Positions 12,427-26,818 of a stretch of 64,000 nucleotides of DNA are shown piece by piece. The translations under genes were made by a program, and so were the position numbers. Location: positions 23,932,001 through 23,996,000 of the forward strand of contig NC_043022.1 of the NCBI RefSeq assembly GCF_006345805.1, in the 5' to 3' direction. The notes beneath the pieces are model-generated. The model was not told the origin of the DNA. It saw nothing but the letters and a program-made list of their open reading frames with translations, and did no database searches. The stretch is from Octopus sinensis. Lineage: Eukaryota. Position 1 is the first letter of the stretch, and every line of letters begins with the position of its first letter.

Positions 12427-12515
12427 TTATAGACACTCCCTTGTCACTTCATCCTTCACACCTTCGCCTTCACCATCAGAAATGCAGTGAACTACCGATT
12501 GGCCGCTTTGGAAAC
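12427..12515 (-). CDS. Candidate terminal coding exon (xFQSGQSVVHCISDGEGEGVKDEVTRECL*)
   Basis: Acceptor TTGGTTACAG; GC-richer unique island; protein-like composition. No homology recognised. Confidence 0.3.
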
Positions 12516-13980
12516 CTGTAACCAACGACGGCGAAGTTAACCAATAGTGCTATAAATTAATGAATAAATGAAGAAATAAATAAATAAATAAATCTGTAAA
12601 TAAATAAATAAATAAATGCGTCAGAAAATATCGAAAGACATTAAGAAATGATGGAGAATTAAACAGAATTTCTTTCTATAAAACTCGCCATTTTTCACAT
12701 AAATATTTGACATTAATGATGGAATCGTGTGTTAAAATGTACAACTGATCGATTTTTATTTAACACCGTAATGAAAAGATTCTAAAAACTCGACAGCAAA
12801 ACGATGACCTCCTTGTTCAAATTTATATCGTCTGCTATAATCAATTTAAACCAATCGAAACACGTAATTGGTGTTTCGGTGTTTTTAAAGTAAATCTTGT
12901 ACAAATTGAAGATTGCTGTACTTTATATAAATAGATTAAATTTTGATTATTTCAATGAATAAAATAACAAAACTGTACATACGAGCCCCCTACGACAGCC
13001 ATTACCACCACGACTAAACTAAGAAGCAGACGATCTGCTCGCTATGTAAAACGAGATTCGAATCGCTTTGTATAATGGCAAAGAATTTCTCGGGGATGGG
13101 GATGGAAATGGAGATGAAAGGGAGGGACGGAAACAGAAAGGAAGAGGGAAATATATGGAAAGAGAAGAGAGAGATAGAGTGAGTTATAGAAAAAGAATGA
13201 GTGAAAGAGGGAGAACAAAAGAGAAAGTGTGAAGAGAGGAAGAAAGAGATAGATACAGGAATAGAGAAGGGGAGTAAAAGAGACAAAAAGAGTAGATACA
13301 AAGACGAGAGAGAGAGAGAGAGAATGGCTTCGTTATTTTTCACTACTATTCGGAATTAACTTGCTTTCAAAAATGAAGGACGAGGATATTGAATTATTAA
13401 AGCGATATTTTAATGGACAAATGAACAGTTTGGAAAGGGTGGGAAGGTTGTTAGAGAGAAAAGACATCATATTTATTGAGCGGATAAATTTGCCTGATCG
13501 CTATCGGAAGGGATCGATAAAAATGAAAATATAAAAAAATAAAAAATGAAATAATATAAAATGAAAACAAATGTGTTTTAGCAATTTTCATCGTGAGCAA
13601 TCTCATTTGCAGTCCGCTAATTAGCAATCCACTCACAAATATGAAGCCTAGTCTTCATAAAGAGAGAGAGATGGGGGGAGAGAGAGAGAGAGAGGGTGAA
13701 GGAAGTACTGTTTTGTAGGAAGGGGTTGATGGAGGTTCAGGAAAGATGTTTGATCCGTGCCTTGCCCTTAATTTCAAAAGAAGCTTAATAGATATTTATT
13801 AAGTAAAATAGGTTTACGGGGTTGGAGTAATTAACGGGGAATGATTTCATTGAAATTTTTAGAAGTCAGCCAAGAAATGTAGTTAAAAATGTAGTGGCAA
13901 ACGATATCTGTCTATCTATCTATCTATTATCTATCGATCGATCGATTTAGCTTTCTATCTATTTATCTATTTCTTCTTCC

Positions 13981-14088
<108 letters not shown>

Positions 14089-14409
14089 TACATATATATA
14101 TTTATCATATATATGTGTGTGTATGTATTCGTATATACGAGGAACAGCTTCCCTTCATTACATATTTCTTTAAATACATGACTGTATTCAAGTTTTATGT
14201 TTTTTATAAGTTTAGATAGTTCGTATTTTCTTCATAGTTATTTATTTATTTATTGTACAACTACATTGGAACAAAAAGAATTCCTAAATTCATATTCAAA
14301 GTTTCCAGATTTTCACAGTCTTATTTTCAAGAACTGTATAGAATTGATGTTCTTTCTTACATATCGTTTAAATTCTTGTAAACTATCCCGCCGTAAAAAA
14401 AAAACGACA

Positions 14410-14770
14410 GAAAGCTATGTGTTGTACCAAGGATGCTTGAGAAGGATTCTGAGAACTAACCCGCAAAACGGGGACATTCTAAAGAGAGACAAGAGGAGAC
14501 CGCTTAGCGACATCACCATTGGAAGAAGATTGAGAGTAACAGGTCATACACTTTGTTTACCAGAACACCATCCTAAAAGATCTTTCAAATGAATATCGCC
14601 GGAGAAAGACAAAAAGATATAAAGACCGGAAACTACATGGCGCAGAACATGTATAACCAACATGAGAGATGCCAATATAACATGGCCGGATGTAGAGGCA
14701 ACGCCAGCCAACAGAAACCAGTGGCATCAAATTACTGTCCAATGTGCCTGAGAGCACAGGAAGGACTGAT
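14410..14770 (+). mobile_element. RTE-clade LINE 3' fragment
   Basis: QGCLRRILR...RRLRVTGHTL...RPETTWRRT (frameshifted), the typical post-RT C-terminus of RTE elements. Confidence 0.75.
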
Positions 14771-14989
14771 ACTGATTCGGCTGAAGGTATTTTGAGCGAT
14801 AGACGTCTACGTCAGTAGTTACGTATCAACGTGTTTGTAGGTTTGCTGTGTGTGTTGTTTTCCTATATATTTTGGCATTGTGTTCCGGATTGCGTTGTTT
14901 GTGAGTCAGATGCAATATCTTCCAATACGACATTATAATTAATGGGTGGTCTGAGAGCGACAGTTGCAAAATAATAATAATTCTATCTA

Positions 14990-15188
14990 CAATAGGCACA
15001 AGGCCTGAAGTTTTATAGGGAAGCGAATCTAGTCGACTACATCGATTCTAATACTTGACTAGTATAAATCTCATCGACCCCGAAACGAGGAAAGGCAAAG
15101 TCAACCTCTGTGGAATTTGAACTCGGAACGTAAAAACAGACGCTAAGTATTTTGTGGCATTTTGTCCGTCTTCAACAACAACAACAAC

Positions 15189-15243
<55 letters not shown>

Positions 15244-15445
15244 GTTTCAAATTTTGGCACAAGGCCAGCACGTTCGGGAAAAGGGGGAGTAAGTCGATTA
15301 CATCGACCCCAGTGCTTATCTGGTGCTTCGTTTTATCGATCACGAAAGGATGAAAAGCAAAGTCGATCTCGGTGGAATTTGAACTCTGGACGTAAAGATG
15401 GCCGAAATGCCGCTAAGCATTCTGGTTCGGCGTGTTAACGACTCT
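14990..15445 (-). mobile_element. Two family-B SINE copies separated by (AAC)/(AAT)n
   Basis: Each has ATCGACCCC...AAAGTC...GGAATTTGAACTC. Confidence 0.8.
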
Positions 15446-15991
15446 ATAACAAAACGACAACAACAAATGCAACATTAATTGAAGATTCTCGAAGAAGAAA
15501 AGGTTGGACAACAGAGGAAAACGAAATGTTTTTCGCTCAGTTGATTTTTAATGAATTCACAATATGGCCAAATCTTTGATTTGTTAGTAATTCATCATGT
15601 TAAGAAGTGGAACATTTCTGCCTGATGCAGGTGGTGGTGGTGGTGGTGGTGGTAATGATGATGGTGATGCTGGTGCTGGTGATGATGGTGGTGGTGGTGG
15701 TGGTGGTGGTGATGATGCTGGTGGTGGTTTTAGCGGTGGTGATGATGATGTGGTACGTGGTCAAATTTGACCGACCAGTCAATCTTGTGGCAGTCAAACT
15801 AAAGACGAGACAAACCCTTGCCAGACATTCATAACACCCATACATACATGCATACATACATGCATACACACACACACATACACACACACACACACACATA
15901 CATATAAGCAGACAGACAGACAAACAGATAAAAATATAGACTAAGAAATATATAGATGGATAAAACATAAGAAAATAATCAATTATTAGGA

Positions 15992-16055
<64 letters not shown>

Positions 16056-16137
16056 TGTGTGTGTGTTTGTATGTGTATATATTTAGTCATATCTATCCAT
16101 CAATATATATGTGTATATGCATATACTTGTATGTATG

Positions 16138-16181
<44 letters not shown>

Positions 16182-16698
16182 TATAAATGCATATATATAT
16201 ATATACATTTAAATATACACATTCTCACACACATATGCACACTCATACCACAGACACGCACACACAAATACTCTCTCTCACAGACACTCATACTTATCAC
16301 GATGATCCGGCGGACAGATTAGATTGTAAATCAAACATTGATTGACATTTGACATTTGACATTTGATACAGTCATTAATCAAACACTGGTTATGACGGAA
16401 ACTAACGGTGCATTCTGGGTAATATACACAGCCGAAAAGAAACAGTGCTCAGAGAAATATATAGCATTCTAGATTGGTAACTTATGCAAAATGGCAGCGA
16501 TTAAGAGGTATTACGGGGATGTACTTGCATAGCAAGTGATGCAGCACGAATTTTTGTCAGTGAACAGGTCGCGGTCTTAAAGCAACGAAAATATTTTGAC
16601 AAATTAAACTTAAATGTTGAAGTGAATCGAACGGCTTTTGTGTGTTTCTTAAATGGCTTACAAACACCTTCCACGCTGTAATTGATTAAGAGGTAGTT

Positions 16699-16818
16699 GT
16701 CTGTGAAATGTGGCGGTCGTCTGTGGAAAGTGGTGAGGGCCTGTGGAAAGTTGCTCTAGTCTGTGGAAAGTAACTGTGGTCTGAGAAAAGTCACAGTAGA
16801 CTGGGTCTGGTGAAATCC
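16699..16818. repeat. 20-bp period array: conserved GTCTGTGGAAAGT plus variable 7 nt
   Basis: Units start at 16699, 16719, 16739, 16759, 16779 and (degenerate) 16799. Confidence 0.8.
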
Positions 16819-16831
16819 ACGAAAGAAAACT

Positions 16832-17051
16832 TCATATTTCAACGGGTAAGACAGCTGCAGCAGCGCATTGTGGAGAGCAGAGCGTGAGATGAGACAAGGC
16901 GTCTAGGTTAACCATTGCATCCGTCTCCTTCCCTAGTCGTCTTGCCACTGGTCCGAGGAACGTCATGGGCAAGAGAACGAGGTATCTGTGTGCAAAGTCA
17001 CTGCGCATGTCGCCAGTCATCCTTAAGGATAAGAAGATGCTCCTCGTCGTT
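16832..17051 (-). other. GC-rich unique island, possible exon
   Basis: Acceptor TGCTTGTTCGTCCGTCAG, then an open frame RTTRSIFLSLRMTGD...AAAVLPVEI*; unrecognised. Confidence 0.2.
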
Positions 17052-18301
17052 CTGACGGACGAACAAGCATACACAAACCAACAAGTATCCATATACTTGT
17101 ATAAACACGTACCGTTTGTGATATACAAAACTAACAAAACCTTTTTCTCTCACCAAGTCTCAATAAAACCCGAAATACTTAAAAATAGTTTCTCAGGAGG
17201 TGCAACTCTAGATTCTCTTCGAAGACTGAAAGATGTTGTCCCACGAGGAATGAAAAGAGGATGTTTGTACTGCAGCAATATGATAACAACGCTGTGTGAG
17301 ATTAGATAAAGGACGATGGCATTGGATAAGATTTAGATAAGGGGTATTGTATGTTCTTAATGTTTACATATGTATGCGTGTAAGTGCGTGTGTGAGTGGG
17401 GATATGAATGTGAGTGTTTGTATGTGTGTGTATGTGAGTGTACATATGAATGTGTGAGTGTGTGAACCTGTATGTGTAAGAATTTGTGTGTGTGTTTGTA
17501 AGTGTGTGTGTGTTTGTAAGTGTGTGTGAGTTTGTTGGCATGAGTGTGTGGGTGTATGAATAAATAAATGTATGAGAATGATTGAGTGCGTGTGTAATTT
17601 TGTTTGAGTGTGTTTATATGTGTGATTGCGTGTGTATACGTGTCAGTGAGTGTGTGTGTGTATGTGTGTGTTTTTATGAATTTCAGTGAGTGTGCGTGCG
17701 TATTTGTGAGTGTATGTGTGTATATAAATTTGCATGTGTGAGCGTGTGTGTATGTGAGAGAGAGTGTGTGTGCGCAAGTGTATGCGTGTCTGCATATGTG
17801 TGTGTGTGTGTTTTATGATGTGTATAAATCAGTGTATAAGTCTGTGAGTGCGTGTGTATGTGTGTCAGTGAGCACCTGTGTGTGTGTGTGGTGGGGTATG
17901 TGTGTGTCTGCTAATGCGAATAATTTGATAAGAATGTAAGTTTTATTAGATAACAGCAATTGCTTACGAGATGGACTTATCTCTTAGCAATTGCTCTTAT
18001 CTACAATAACCCAACCTTATCAAGTGATTATTTATATATGTCTAGGTGGATGTGTTTGTGCACGCAGGCATATAGAGGTATGTGTGACTGTGCATGCATG
18101 TATGTATATATGTATGTATGTATGTATGTGTGTATGTATGTATGTGTGTATGCATGTATGTGTGTATGTGTGTGTGTATGTATGTATGTATGTGTGTGTA
18201 TGTGTGTATGTATGTATGTATGTAGGTAGGTAGGTATGTGTGTACATATATACGTATATATATATATATATATGTATATGTATATGTACATATACATTAT
18301 A

Positions 18302-18404
<103 letters not shown>

Positions 18405-18641
18405 ATGTGTGTATATATGTATATTTATATATGCGTATATGTGTGTCTGTGTAGATAGATAGATATACACCAACATCAGCTAAGTAATGAAGTATTGAAG
18501 TATTCAATACAAATTTTGAGTGCAGCAGTTTATTGAGGCTTCCCTCTCTCCTTCGCTGTCTGTCTACCTCTTACCCTCCCCCTCTCTTTCTCTACATATA
18601 TATATATATATGTATATATTTGTTTATATATACATATATTC

Positions 18642-18686
<45 letters not shown>

Positions 18687-18786
18687 TATATATATATAAT
18701 ATATATGTGTGTATATATATGTATATATATATACGTATATATATATGTTATATGTATATATATATATGTATATATATATGTATGTG

Positions 18787-18818
<32 letters not shown>

Positions 18819-19309
18819 TTATATATATGTGTATATATATATATGTATGTATATATATATATATGTATATATTTGTTTATATATATATGTGTGTGTCATT
18901 GTTCAGTTTTATCTCAAGAATATATGTATGTAGGTATGTAAATCTGGTATCTGACAGTCCGGCATACTCAGCAGTCCGGCACTTTTCTTTCTGTTCTCCA
19001 GTCTTCTCCATAAGCGCTTTCGTTGGTCGCCGACGTCACCCTGTCATTGTTTACATTCATGTTGAATAGAACAGAAGCCAGCACTCAATTGTATGTGGCT
19101 TTATCTACTTATCGCTATTCATTAGAGAAAGTGTCATCCACTGTTCCGTTGCTAAGAGCGACAACTTCGGAAAATGTGTGAAAAGAAAGCTCACAGCTCT
19201 CGCTTTAACCACATAAATTGTAATAACTCAGGGTTTGAATGAGGTGAAATTAGGAACATTATTGCGCGAAATTATATCATAGCTTCTTTTATCAGTGTAT
19301 GTCTTCTGC

Positions 19310-19750
19310 CATAAGTACAAGGCCTGGAATTTTTTAGGGTAAGTGGAGTGATCTAGTGAATCACATCGACAGCAGTGTTCAACTGGTACTTATTTTATCG
19401 ATTCTAAAAAGGAAGAAATCTCTGCAGGATTTGAACTCAGAACGTCAAAACGGATGAAATGCTGCTAAGCATTTTGTCCGGCGTGCTAATGCTCTTGCCA
19501 CCCCGCCGCTTTCATTCTAACTGTATATAACATACGTTACAAATTTTGGCGCAAGGCTAGCAATTTCAGGCGAGGGGGTAAGTCAGTTGCATCGACCCAA
19601 GTGCTCAACTGGTATTTGTTTTATCAACATTGAAAGAATGAAAGGCAAAGTCGGCCTTGGTAGAATTTGAACTCAGAACGGAAAGATGGACGAAATATCG
19701 CTAAGCATTTTGTCCGGCTTGCTAACAATTCTGCCAGCTCAACGCCTTGA
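19310..19750 (-). mobile_element. Two tandem family-B SINE copies
   Basis: Repeated CAACTGGTA...TTTATC...TTTGAACTCAGAACG...GCTAAGCATTTTGTCCGGC. Confidence 0.85.
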
Positions 19751-19938
19751 TTCTAACACTATATAATATTAAATAAACAAAAGAACTAGTTCATGTAATT
19801 TGTAGTCGATTTAGAGAAAGCAAAGGTATTGATGAGTGGTAAACATTGAAAGTAAACCTTCTAGGGTTGGATACAATGTTATGTTTTTTTTTTTCATGGT
19901 TCAGTGCAAAGCGATCGAGAGTATGTCATTTTCAGGTC

Positions 19939-20247
19939 GTGGAGGCACATGGCCTATTGGTTAGAGCAGCGGACTCGCGGTCGAGGGATCGCAGGTTCGA
20001 ATCTCAGACCGGGCGATGTGTGTGTTTATGAGCGAAACACCTAAGCTCCACGCGGCTCCGGCAGAAGGTAATGGCGAAACTTCTGCTGACTCTTTCGCCA
20101 CAACTTTCTCTCCCTCTTTCCTCCTGCATCTTGCAGCTCACCTGCGATGGACCGGCGTCCCGTCCAGGTGGGGAACCTATACGCCAAGAAACCGGGAAAG
20201 CGGCCCTTATGAGCCAGGCATGGCTCGAGAAGGAACAAAATATATAT
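19939..20247 (+). mobile_element. Full-length tRNA(Arg-like)-derived SINE, family C
   Basis: A box TGGCCTATTGG, B box GGTTCGAATC; 11-bp TSD ATTTTCAGGTC; near-identical copy at 58515. Confidence 0.92.
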
Positions 20248-20699
20248 ATTTTCAGGTCCAATGGTTATCGAAAAAGCGAATAAATTACATGAAATAATGT
20301 GTCTCGCAAAGACTTCCATGCTTATTGTTAGATGCTTTATAAAATCAAGATTATGACATGGAATATGTAAACTTAATCTGACTGTCGATATCGAGGGTGC
20401 TGAAAAATATAAACTATTTGATAACAAGATTAGAAACATTTTTTTTTTTCTGATACAGCGTGATATTTCATAACCTAGTCCTATCCGAATCGGCTGACTT
20501 GCTCAAACCAACAACTCATAATACAGTGAAACAAAATTTTAATTTTTTTTTTCTTTGTCTTTGATCAGTAAGTGCTATTTCCAATTTGCTTCTAACTAGA
20601 AATCAAAGGAAATTACAACTATTCCCTTCAAACTTTGAATTTGCGACATATTTTCCATTAAATTTCAGATTGAGTGCTGAGTTGCTGAAGCAGAAATAT

Positions 20700-20865
20700 C
20701 ATTATAGCAAATATTCTATTCAAAACCATATATTTGCTTATCAGTTGCTTGACCTTAACCAGTTGAACATGTCCCTTAGTGGATGACAATATGTGCATCT
20801 CTGGTCATGAGCAGGAGTAGTGCTGGAGAATCATAGCCATGTGTTGAAAGGGATTCTTTGGGGTC
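20700..20865 (+). mobile_element. Unclassified dispersed repeat (other copies 30985-31190 minus, 46455-46640 plus)
   Basis: Shared AGCAAATATTCT..TCAA...GTTGCTTGACCTTAACCAGTTGA.CATGTCC.TT.GTGG. Confidence 0.75.
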
Positions 20866-21017
20866 TCAATAAATGTAACAAAAGCAAAAATTAAGGAACT
20901 ATTAGCCATTTTCCACGCACTTTTAGGGGTAAGCAAATGGAAATAGCAGTTGAGAGGTGAGAGAAATGGCCTCTCTCTCTATCTCTCTCTTTATATATAT
21001 ATATATATATATATTAT

Positions 21018-21057
<40 letters not shown>

Positions 21058-21153
21058 AGAGAGAGAGAGAGAGAGAGAGGTGTATACGAGTGAGTGATAA
21101 ACGAAAGAAAAAGTAACTTCCTGTCACTTCAGCCATGTAACCACACATGTACT

Positions 21154-21189
<36 letters not shown>

Positions 21190-21712
21190 CAACAATTGAG
21201 GGTAAAATTAATTAATTATTAATCAATTTCACCAAGTATTCAGTATGCATATATATATATATACAGAGAGAGAGAGAGAGAAAGAGAGAGAGAGGGAGAG
21301 AGATAGATAGATAGATATACACATACACATACACACAAACTTTTGTGTTCTATAGGCTTCAGTACAATTATCAGTCTAACAAGTTCTACAGGCTAGAATA
21401 CAAGAGAAGACATTTGCCTAAGTCGCTCGCTGTATAACGGGCCCTAACCTTATGCGTATGTGATTACAAAGCAGAGCTTTCCTAACAACGCAGCCGTACC
21501 TACAGGCAGTACTTAATTGAGAACAAAGTTGTTGAAGTATCAAAAGCTGTGTAGCACTTGACAGTACTTGACCAATAAAATCTTGTCAAGTGCTAGCAAT
21601 GAGAAAATACTCGGGTTCAACTTTATTCACTGCACCGTTGACGTTATAGCTTCAATGGGGTTTTTCCTGATCGTCAAATTAAGGTCGGTGGTTGAACAAG
21701 AACAACAACAGC

Positions 21713-21766
<54 letters not shown>

Positions 21767-22457
21767 TAACAACAATAATAATAACAACAACAACAATAAT
21801 AATAATAACAATAATAATAATAATAATAATAATAACGTGGAATAGGAGATGTATAGGGCGATTGTGTGAATAAAAATAGACAAATTAAATTAAACTCATG
21901 TGCATGTACATACATAAACGCATACATACACATACACTCACACACATATATATATATGCATATGTGTGTAGTTAAGTATATACGTGTGTGCATATGCTTG
22001 TACGTATCTATGTGTGTGTATATATATATATATATACTCACAAATACACACACATATATTTATATACTCGCACACATATACATACACACACACACACACT
22101 CACACATATGCACCCACACACATACACAAGCACATAATGTCTCGAGTTGATACAGAGAGAAGTAAGACAGCTATTTAAGACATGACTTCCGGTTTCACTC
22201 TTGAACTGCACTGTCACCCACGACACTTCTGAGATGAGGCCTACTGTGTTCGTGTATGTGTACGTGTGTGTTGTGTGTATGTGAGTGAGTGTAAGTGTGT
22301 GAGTGTATGTGTGTGTGTCTGTGAGTTTGTATCTTGACGTATTTGAATGTGTGTGCACATCCTTGTGTGTGAGTATGATTGTATGCACGTGTATTCGCAT
22401 GTGTGTCTCTCTACGTGCATCTCTGTGTCTTGTGAACTACGTCTTGCATTTCCTAAT

Positions 22458-22850
22458 ACTCTCTCTTTACTCTTTTACTTGTTTCAGTCATTTGACTGCG
22501 GCCATGCTGGAGCACCGCTTTTAATCGAGCAACTCGACCCCGGGACTTATTCTTTTGTAAGCCCAGTACTTATTCTATCGGTCTCTTTTACCGAACCGCT
22601 AATTTACGGGGACATAAACACACAAGCAATGCTAGGGGGACAAACACAGACACACAAACACACACACGCATATATATGCATATGTACGACCGGCTTCTTT
22701 TCAGTTTCCGTCTACCAAATCCACTCATAAGGCTTTGGTCGGCCCGAGGCTATAGTAGAAGACACTTGCCCAAGATGCCACGCAGTAGGACTGAACCCGG
22801 AACCATGTGGTTGGTAAACAAGCTACTTACCACACAGCCACTCCTGCGTC
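22458..22850 (-). mobile_element. tRNA-derived SINE, family A (head GGCGCAGGAGTGGCTGTGTGGTAAG; CORE-like CTTGGGCAAGTG)
   Basis: Full length, with internal microsatellite and tail GACTGAAACAAGTAAAAGAG; >10 copies in the window. Confidence 0.92.
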
Positions 22851-23029
22851 TATTAATGTTGTGTTTCATTTATAAAGATCTTTCACATTTTGGTTGTTCC
22901 AGTAAGTGAACGAGATAAAGCAGCCATTCTTTCTTCCAGACACCCCTACTGTCGTAAATTTATGTTCCAACGTGTTGGATAATTTAGGCATTGATAATCT
23001 ACGTATAATATCAGCTCCAAATATTAGCA

Positions 23030-23212
23030 TAAGGCCAGCATATTCAGGAGAGGTGGGTAACTCGATTATATCGGTCCCAGTACTCAAATGGTACTTATTT
23101 TATTGATCCCGATCGGATGAAAGTCAAAGTCTAAACTCAGAACGTAAAGACGGGCGAAATGCCGCTAAACATTTTGCCCGGCGTGCTGACGATTCTGCCA
23201 GCTCGCCACCTT
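23030..23212 (-). mobile_element. Family-B SINE
   Basis: Ends TTCTGCCAGCTCGCCACCTT. Confidence 0.8.
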
Positions 23213-24355
23213 ATAATCTATGCATAATACTATGGTGGTTATAATGAAGGATGGCTGATGATTTAAACGAAGTGGTGACTTTGTTTAAAGTGAAGTAAAA
23301 TTATGCACTGGCTGTTTAACTCTCTTGTCCGTGACCATCTTGAATCCAGTGGCAAGAGCAAGTCAATGTGATGGGGGAATGGAGACAGAAGCAGTGGATG
23401 ACCAAGATGTCTTAACTTGCCTCATCTTGCTCTCTGCATCCCATAATGCATTGCTACGGCCACCTTCCCTTTCATTGAACTACAAAGGTGTCTTCTTCCA
23501 CAGAGTTAACCAGACATAGTCTTCACATATGTGTAGGTAAGTGGGCTCTATTATGTTAATTAAACCATAACTGGGGCCCTAACATGTGCTGCTACTACTC
23601 CGGGTCAGAGGAGACCTGGGGACAATAGTTATTCCACGCTCTTCAATATCCTGGAACACTCGATTCAGGGCCCCAGTAGACGGATGCTGTTTAAAATCAT
23701 ATCCAATCCCAGGAGACTATTCTAAGAATACTATTAATTAATATGAGAGGATGGTATCGAATGAAATGCTTATCATCATAAGCATGCCCCGAAGGATTGA
23801 CCTAGGGCTAAACACCAACCCCCCATCACCACCACCACCACCACCACAACAACAACAACAACAGTATAAGATCCCTTGTTGTGGTGGAGTGTTTGTTTCT
23901 TTGGGTTGAACTTCACAAAATAAAGATCAAAGGGCGAATATTTTCTTTCAAATATTTACTTATCACCAACGAAACATCGTCCAGACGCTATTGATCATTT
24001 AGGTGTATAGAAGTACGTGCGTGTGTGAGAGAGAGAGAAAGCGGGCTTTTGAGTAAATGTGTGGGTGTATATAGATATAGTGTATATGTAATGAGATACA
24101 TAAATTAGTCATCGGGTATATAATATTGAATAGATATAAAGTTTGTTATTTTTGTGTATGTATGTATGTATGTGTGTGTGCAGGTGTGTATGTGAGAAAG
24201 AATGAATGCGTGCCAATCTATCTATCCATCTATCTATCTGTCGGGGGTAAGGGGGTGTATCCGCCTGTTTGTCTATGTATCTACTTTATCTATCTATCAA
24301 TCAGTCTATCTATCTATATGTCTATCTATTTATCTAATTGCCATTTATATATAAA

Positions 24356-24683
24356 CTAGCAGTATCGCCCGGTGTTGCTTGGGTTTGTTTCGACCCTTTA
24401 GAATTGGAAGTTTTGAAAAGTAAAAATTTTGCATTATGTAGCTTCTTATTCTCTTTAATGGCGACACAACAGTAAAAAAATCGTAAAAAATAGTGATTTT
24501 CATAGAAAAAAAGCACCTTCTTCATGTAAATAATTTTTGGTCTTAACATGAGCAAGCCTTCTTCTATCATACTCTCAATTTTGGTTAACTTGCGCCGCAT
24601 GGTCTCGGAGGAGATAGTGTTAGTTGAAGGCTACCAAACCTGCCATACACAGACAACTTCAGCTTTATATATATATATATAGA
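24356..24683 (-). mobile_element. Non-autonomous Helitron
   Basis: A|TCTATATATA...AAAGCTGAAGTTGTC ... CCCAAGCAACACCGGG hairpin ... CTAG|T. Confidence 0.7.
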
Positions 24684-24747
24684 TATATTTATATGCTTGT
24701 GTGTGTATGTGTCCATATGTATGTATGCATACATACATACGTACATA

Positions 24748-25000
24748 CATGTCAAGTTACTCTTAGCGTTACTAGTAACATGTAACTCAGTGCAACCTGC
24801 TGCATGATAGGGTCATCGGCGACTAAACCGACAACCCTACCAATTTTGCTTGGTTATAGAGGATAGTTTTCTTTGGACAACCTGTAGAAAGAAAAACTAA
24901 AACCCTGTCAAAGGGCGGATAAACTCAGTAGAAACAATAGCCATCCAAACGCTTGCAAGTTAGAGAACTCTAGTCTTTAGTTAAACATTTATCTAGAAAA
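24748..25000 (+). mobile_element. LINE (probably RTE) 5' UTR-like repeat
   Basis: Homologous to 54130-54500 (GTAACATGTAAC.CAGT.CAACCTG.TGCATG...ACTAAACC...CCTGTCAAAG). Confidence 0.55.
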
Positions 25001-25574
25001 ATTAGAAATATTAGAAAATGTGTCATAACACCTCAAAAAGCGATACAGGGACTACACTAAAGTTATTGATGGAGCGTGTGTGCTTACGAAGGTGTGTTGC
25101 TAAACTCTCTGGTTCCAGTTTGTGTGAGCGATTGTCGTGTCAATAGCGTCGAGGTACAATTTTTTTCAGCCGGATTTTCGACCTTATTGCAAGCCTCACC
25201 AGTTCTTCCTCCCGAACATTTTCGGATTCTAGACCTCAATTATGTAGAGCTAGAATAATTATTGAAACTAGTAATACACATACGATGGAAGCAAATGAAG
25301 TGGGGTATATTGATGAATGTACAAATGTGTGTGTGTATTTTACATAAAATCTTTACATCGGAAGAGGACCATCGTCAGAGCCGACTGGAGATCAGCATGA
25401 TTTCGACACCTCTTGACAATACTCCTCTCCTCCTCCGCGCCACGATGTATTAAATGTTACAATGGAATGTCCGGTTCCTTTACACTAACAGAATACAAAA
25501 TCTTTACTATTTAATACATGCAATCACTATACTAAACCAGATACTGCACCATCAATTATGTATATATGTGTACG

Positions 25575-25601
<27 letters not shown>

Positions 25602-25605
<4 letters not shown>

Positions 25606-25800
25606 GCTATGATAGATCGCTAGCCACTACACATTCTTTATTTTCTCTCCTTGTTTCTTTCTGTGTTGCTTTCTATGGAAGAGCGTAGACTCGAAACGTT
25701 AAAGACTTTTTCACTTCCCGAGCGTTATGCTGTTATACTAATACATTTGTTTGTTGTCTACACCACCTGTCTTCGTCTCTCTTTTGTGAATTCTCTCACT
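25602..25800 (+). mobile_element. Penelope-like mini-element with minimal hammerhead-like core, inside (TA)n
   Basis: CTTT-CTATGGA-A-GAGCGTAGACTC-GAAACGTT-AAAG; homologous to the copies at 49782 and 59720. Confidence 0.6.
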
Positions 25801-26044
25801 ATATATATATATGTGTGTGTGTGTGTGCGCGCGCGCGCGTGTATGAATATATATATAATGTAGCGACGAAGGGAAAGTTAACTTCAAATCAATCAATCAA
25901 TCAATGTGGATGTGTGTGTGTGAGAGTGAGAGAGGAGGAGAGAGCATACTATTATGCAATAAATACGATATAAAATCGCACTGAAAAACATTTGTTTATA
26001 CAATCACACACATATACGTACATATATGCATATGTGTGTGTGTG

Positions 26045-26085
<41 letters not shown>

Positions 26086-26515
26086 ATATATACATATATA
26101 TATATATATAACATATATATATAATATAAATACGTGAGTCAAAGAAGGTATGATTTACATTGTACGTTACTGCATATAAAGTATATGTTTCTGATAATGT
26201 AGGGCTAGAACGGGAGAGAGAGAGAGAGAGAGAGGGGGCGGAATAAAGGCGGGACTAACGGAGGGTTAGGTGACGTTGATGACGAGCTACAAAAAAATAT
26301 ATAAAGAGTGTATGTATGTACAAAATCTTAAGAGCAAAAACAAAATGTACGAAGTTTCCAGCAAAAAGTTAAAAAAACAAAACATTCCCATTCGTCGCCA
26401 TATATGTACGTACCTATATACATGCATTTATATATATATATATATAGATATAGGTAATATATGTATGTATGTATACATATATGTATGTATGTATATGTAT
26501 GTATATACGTATATA

Positions 26516-26547
<32 letters not shown>

Positions 26548-26818
26548 CACGCGTATATATATTATGAATGTATACATATATGTATGTATGTATATTTATG
26601 TATGTATATATCGTATATATATATATTATATATATATATATATTGTGATATAATATATATATATATGTATGTAAGTATATACATATATATATATATATAT
26701 ATTTATGTGTGTGTTCGTGTGTGTGTGTACGTATGTATGTATATTCAAGGAGGCGAAAGGGTGCCGGTAGAGAACGGCTTGTAAACAGAATATAAATAGT
26801 GGAAAATGATTGAATTGT

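Noticed and set aside
16699-16818. CRISPR-like repeat/spacer appearance
   Set aside because: 13-bp repeats with 7-bp spacers, no cas genes, eukaryotic context.
19939-20015. tRNA gene
   Set aside because: tRNA-like head of a SINE: no acceptor stem closure, and it continues into the SINE body with a TSD.
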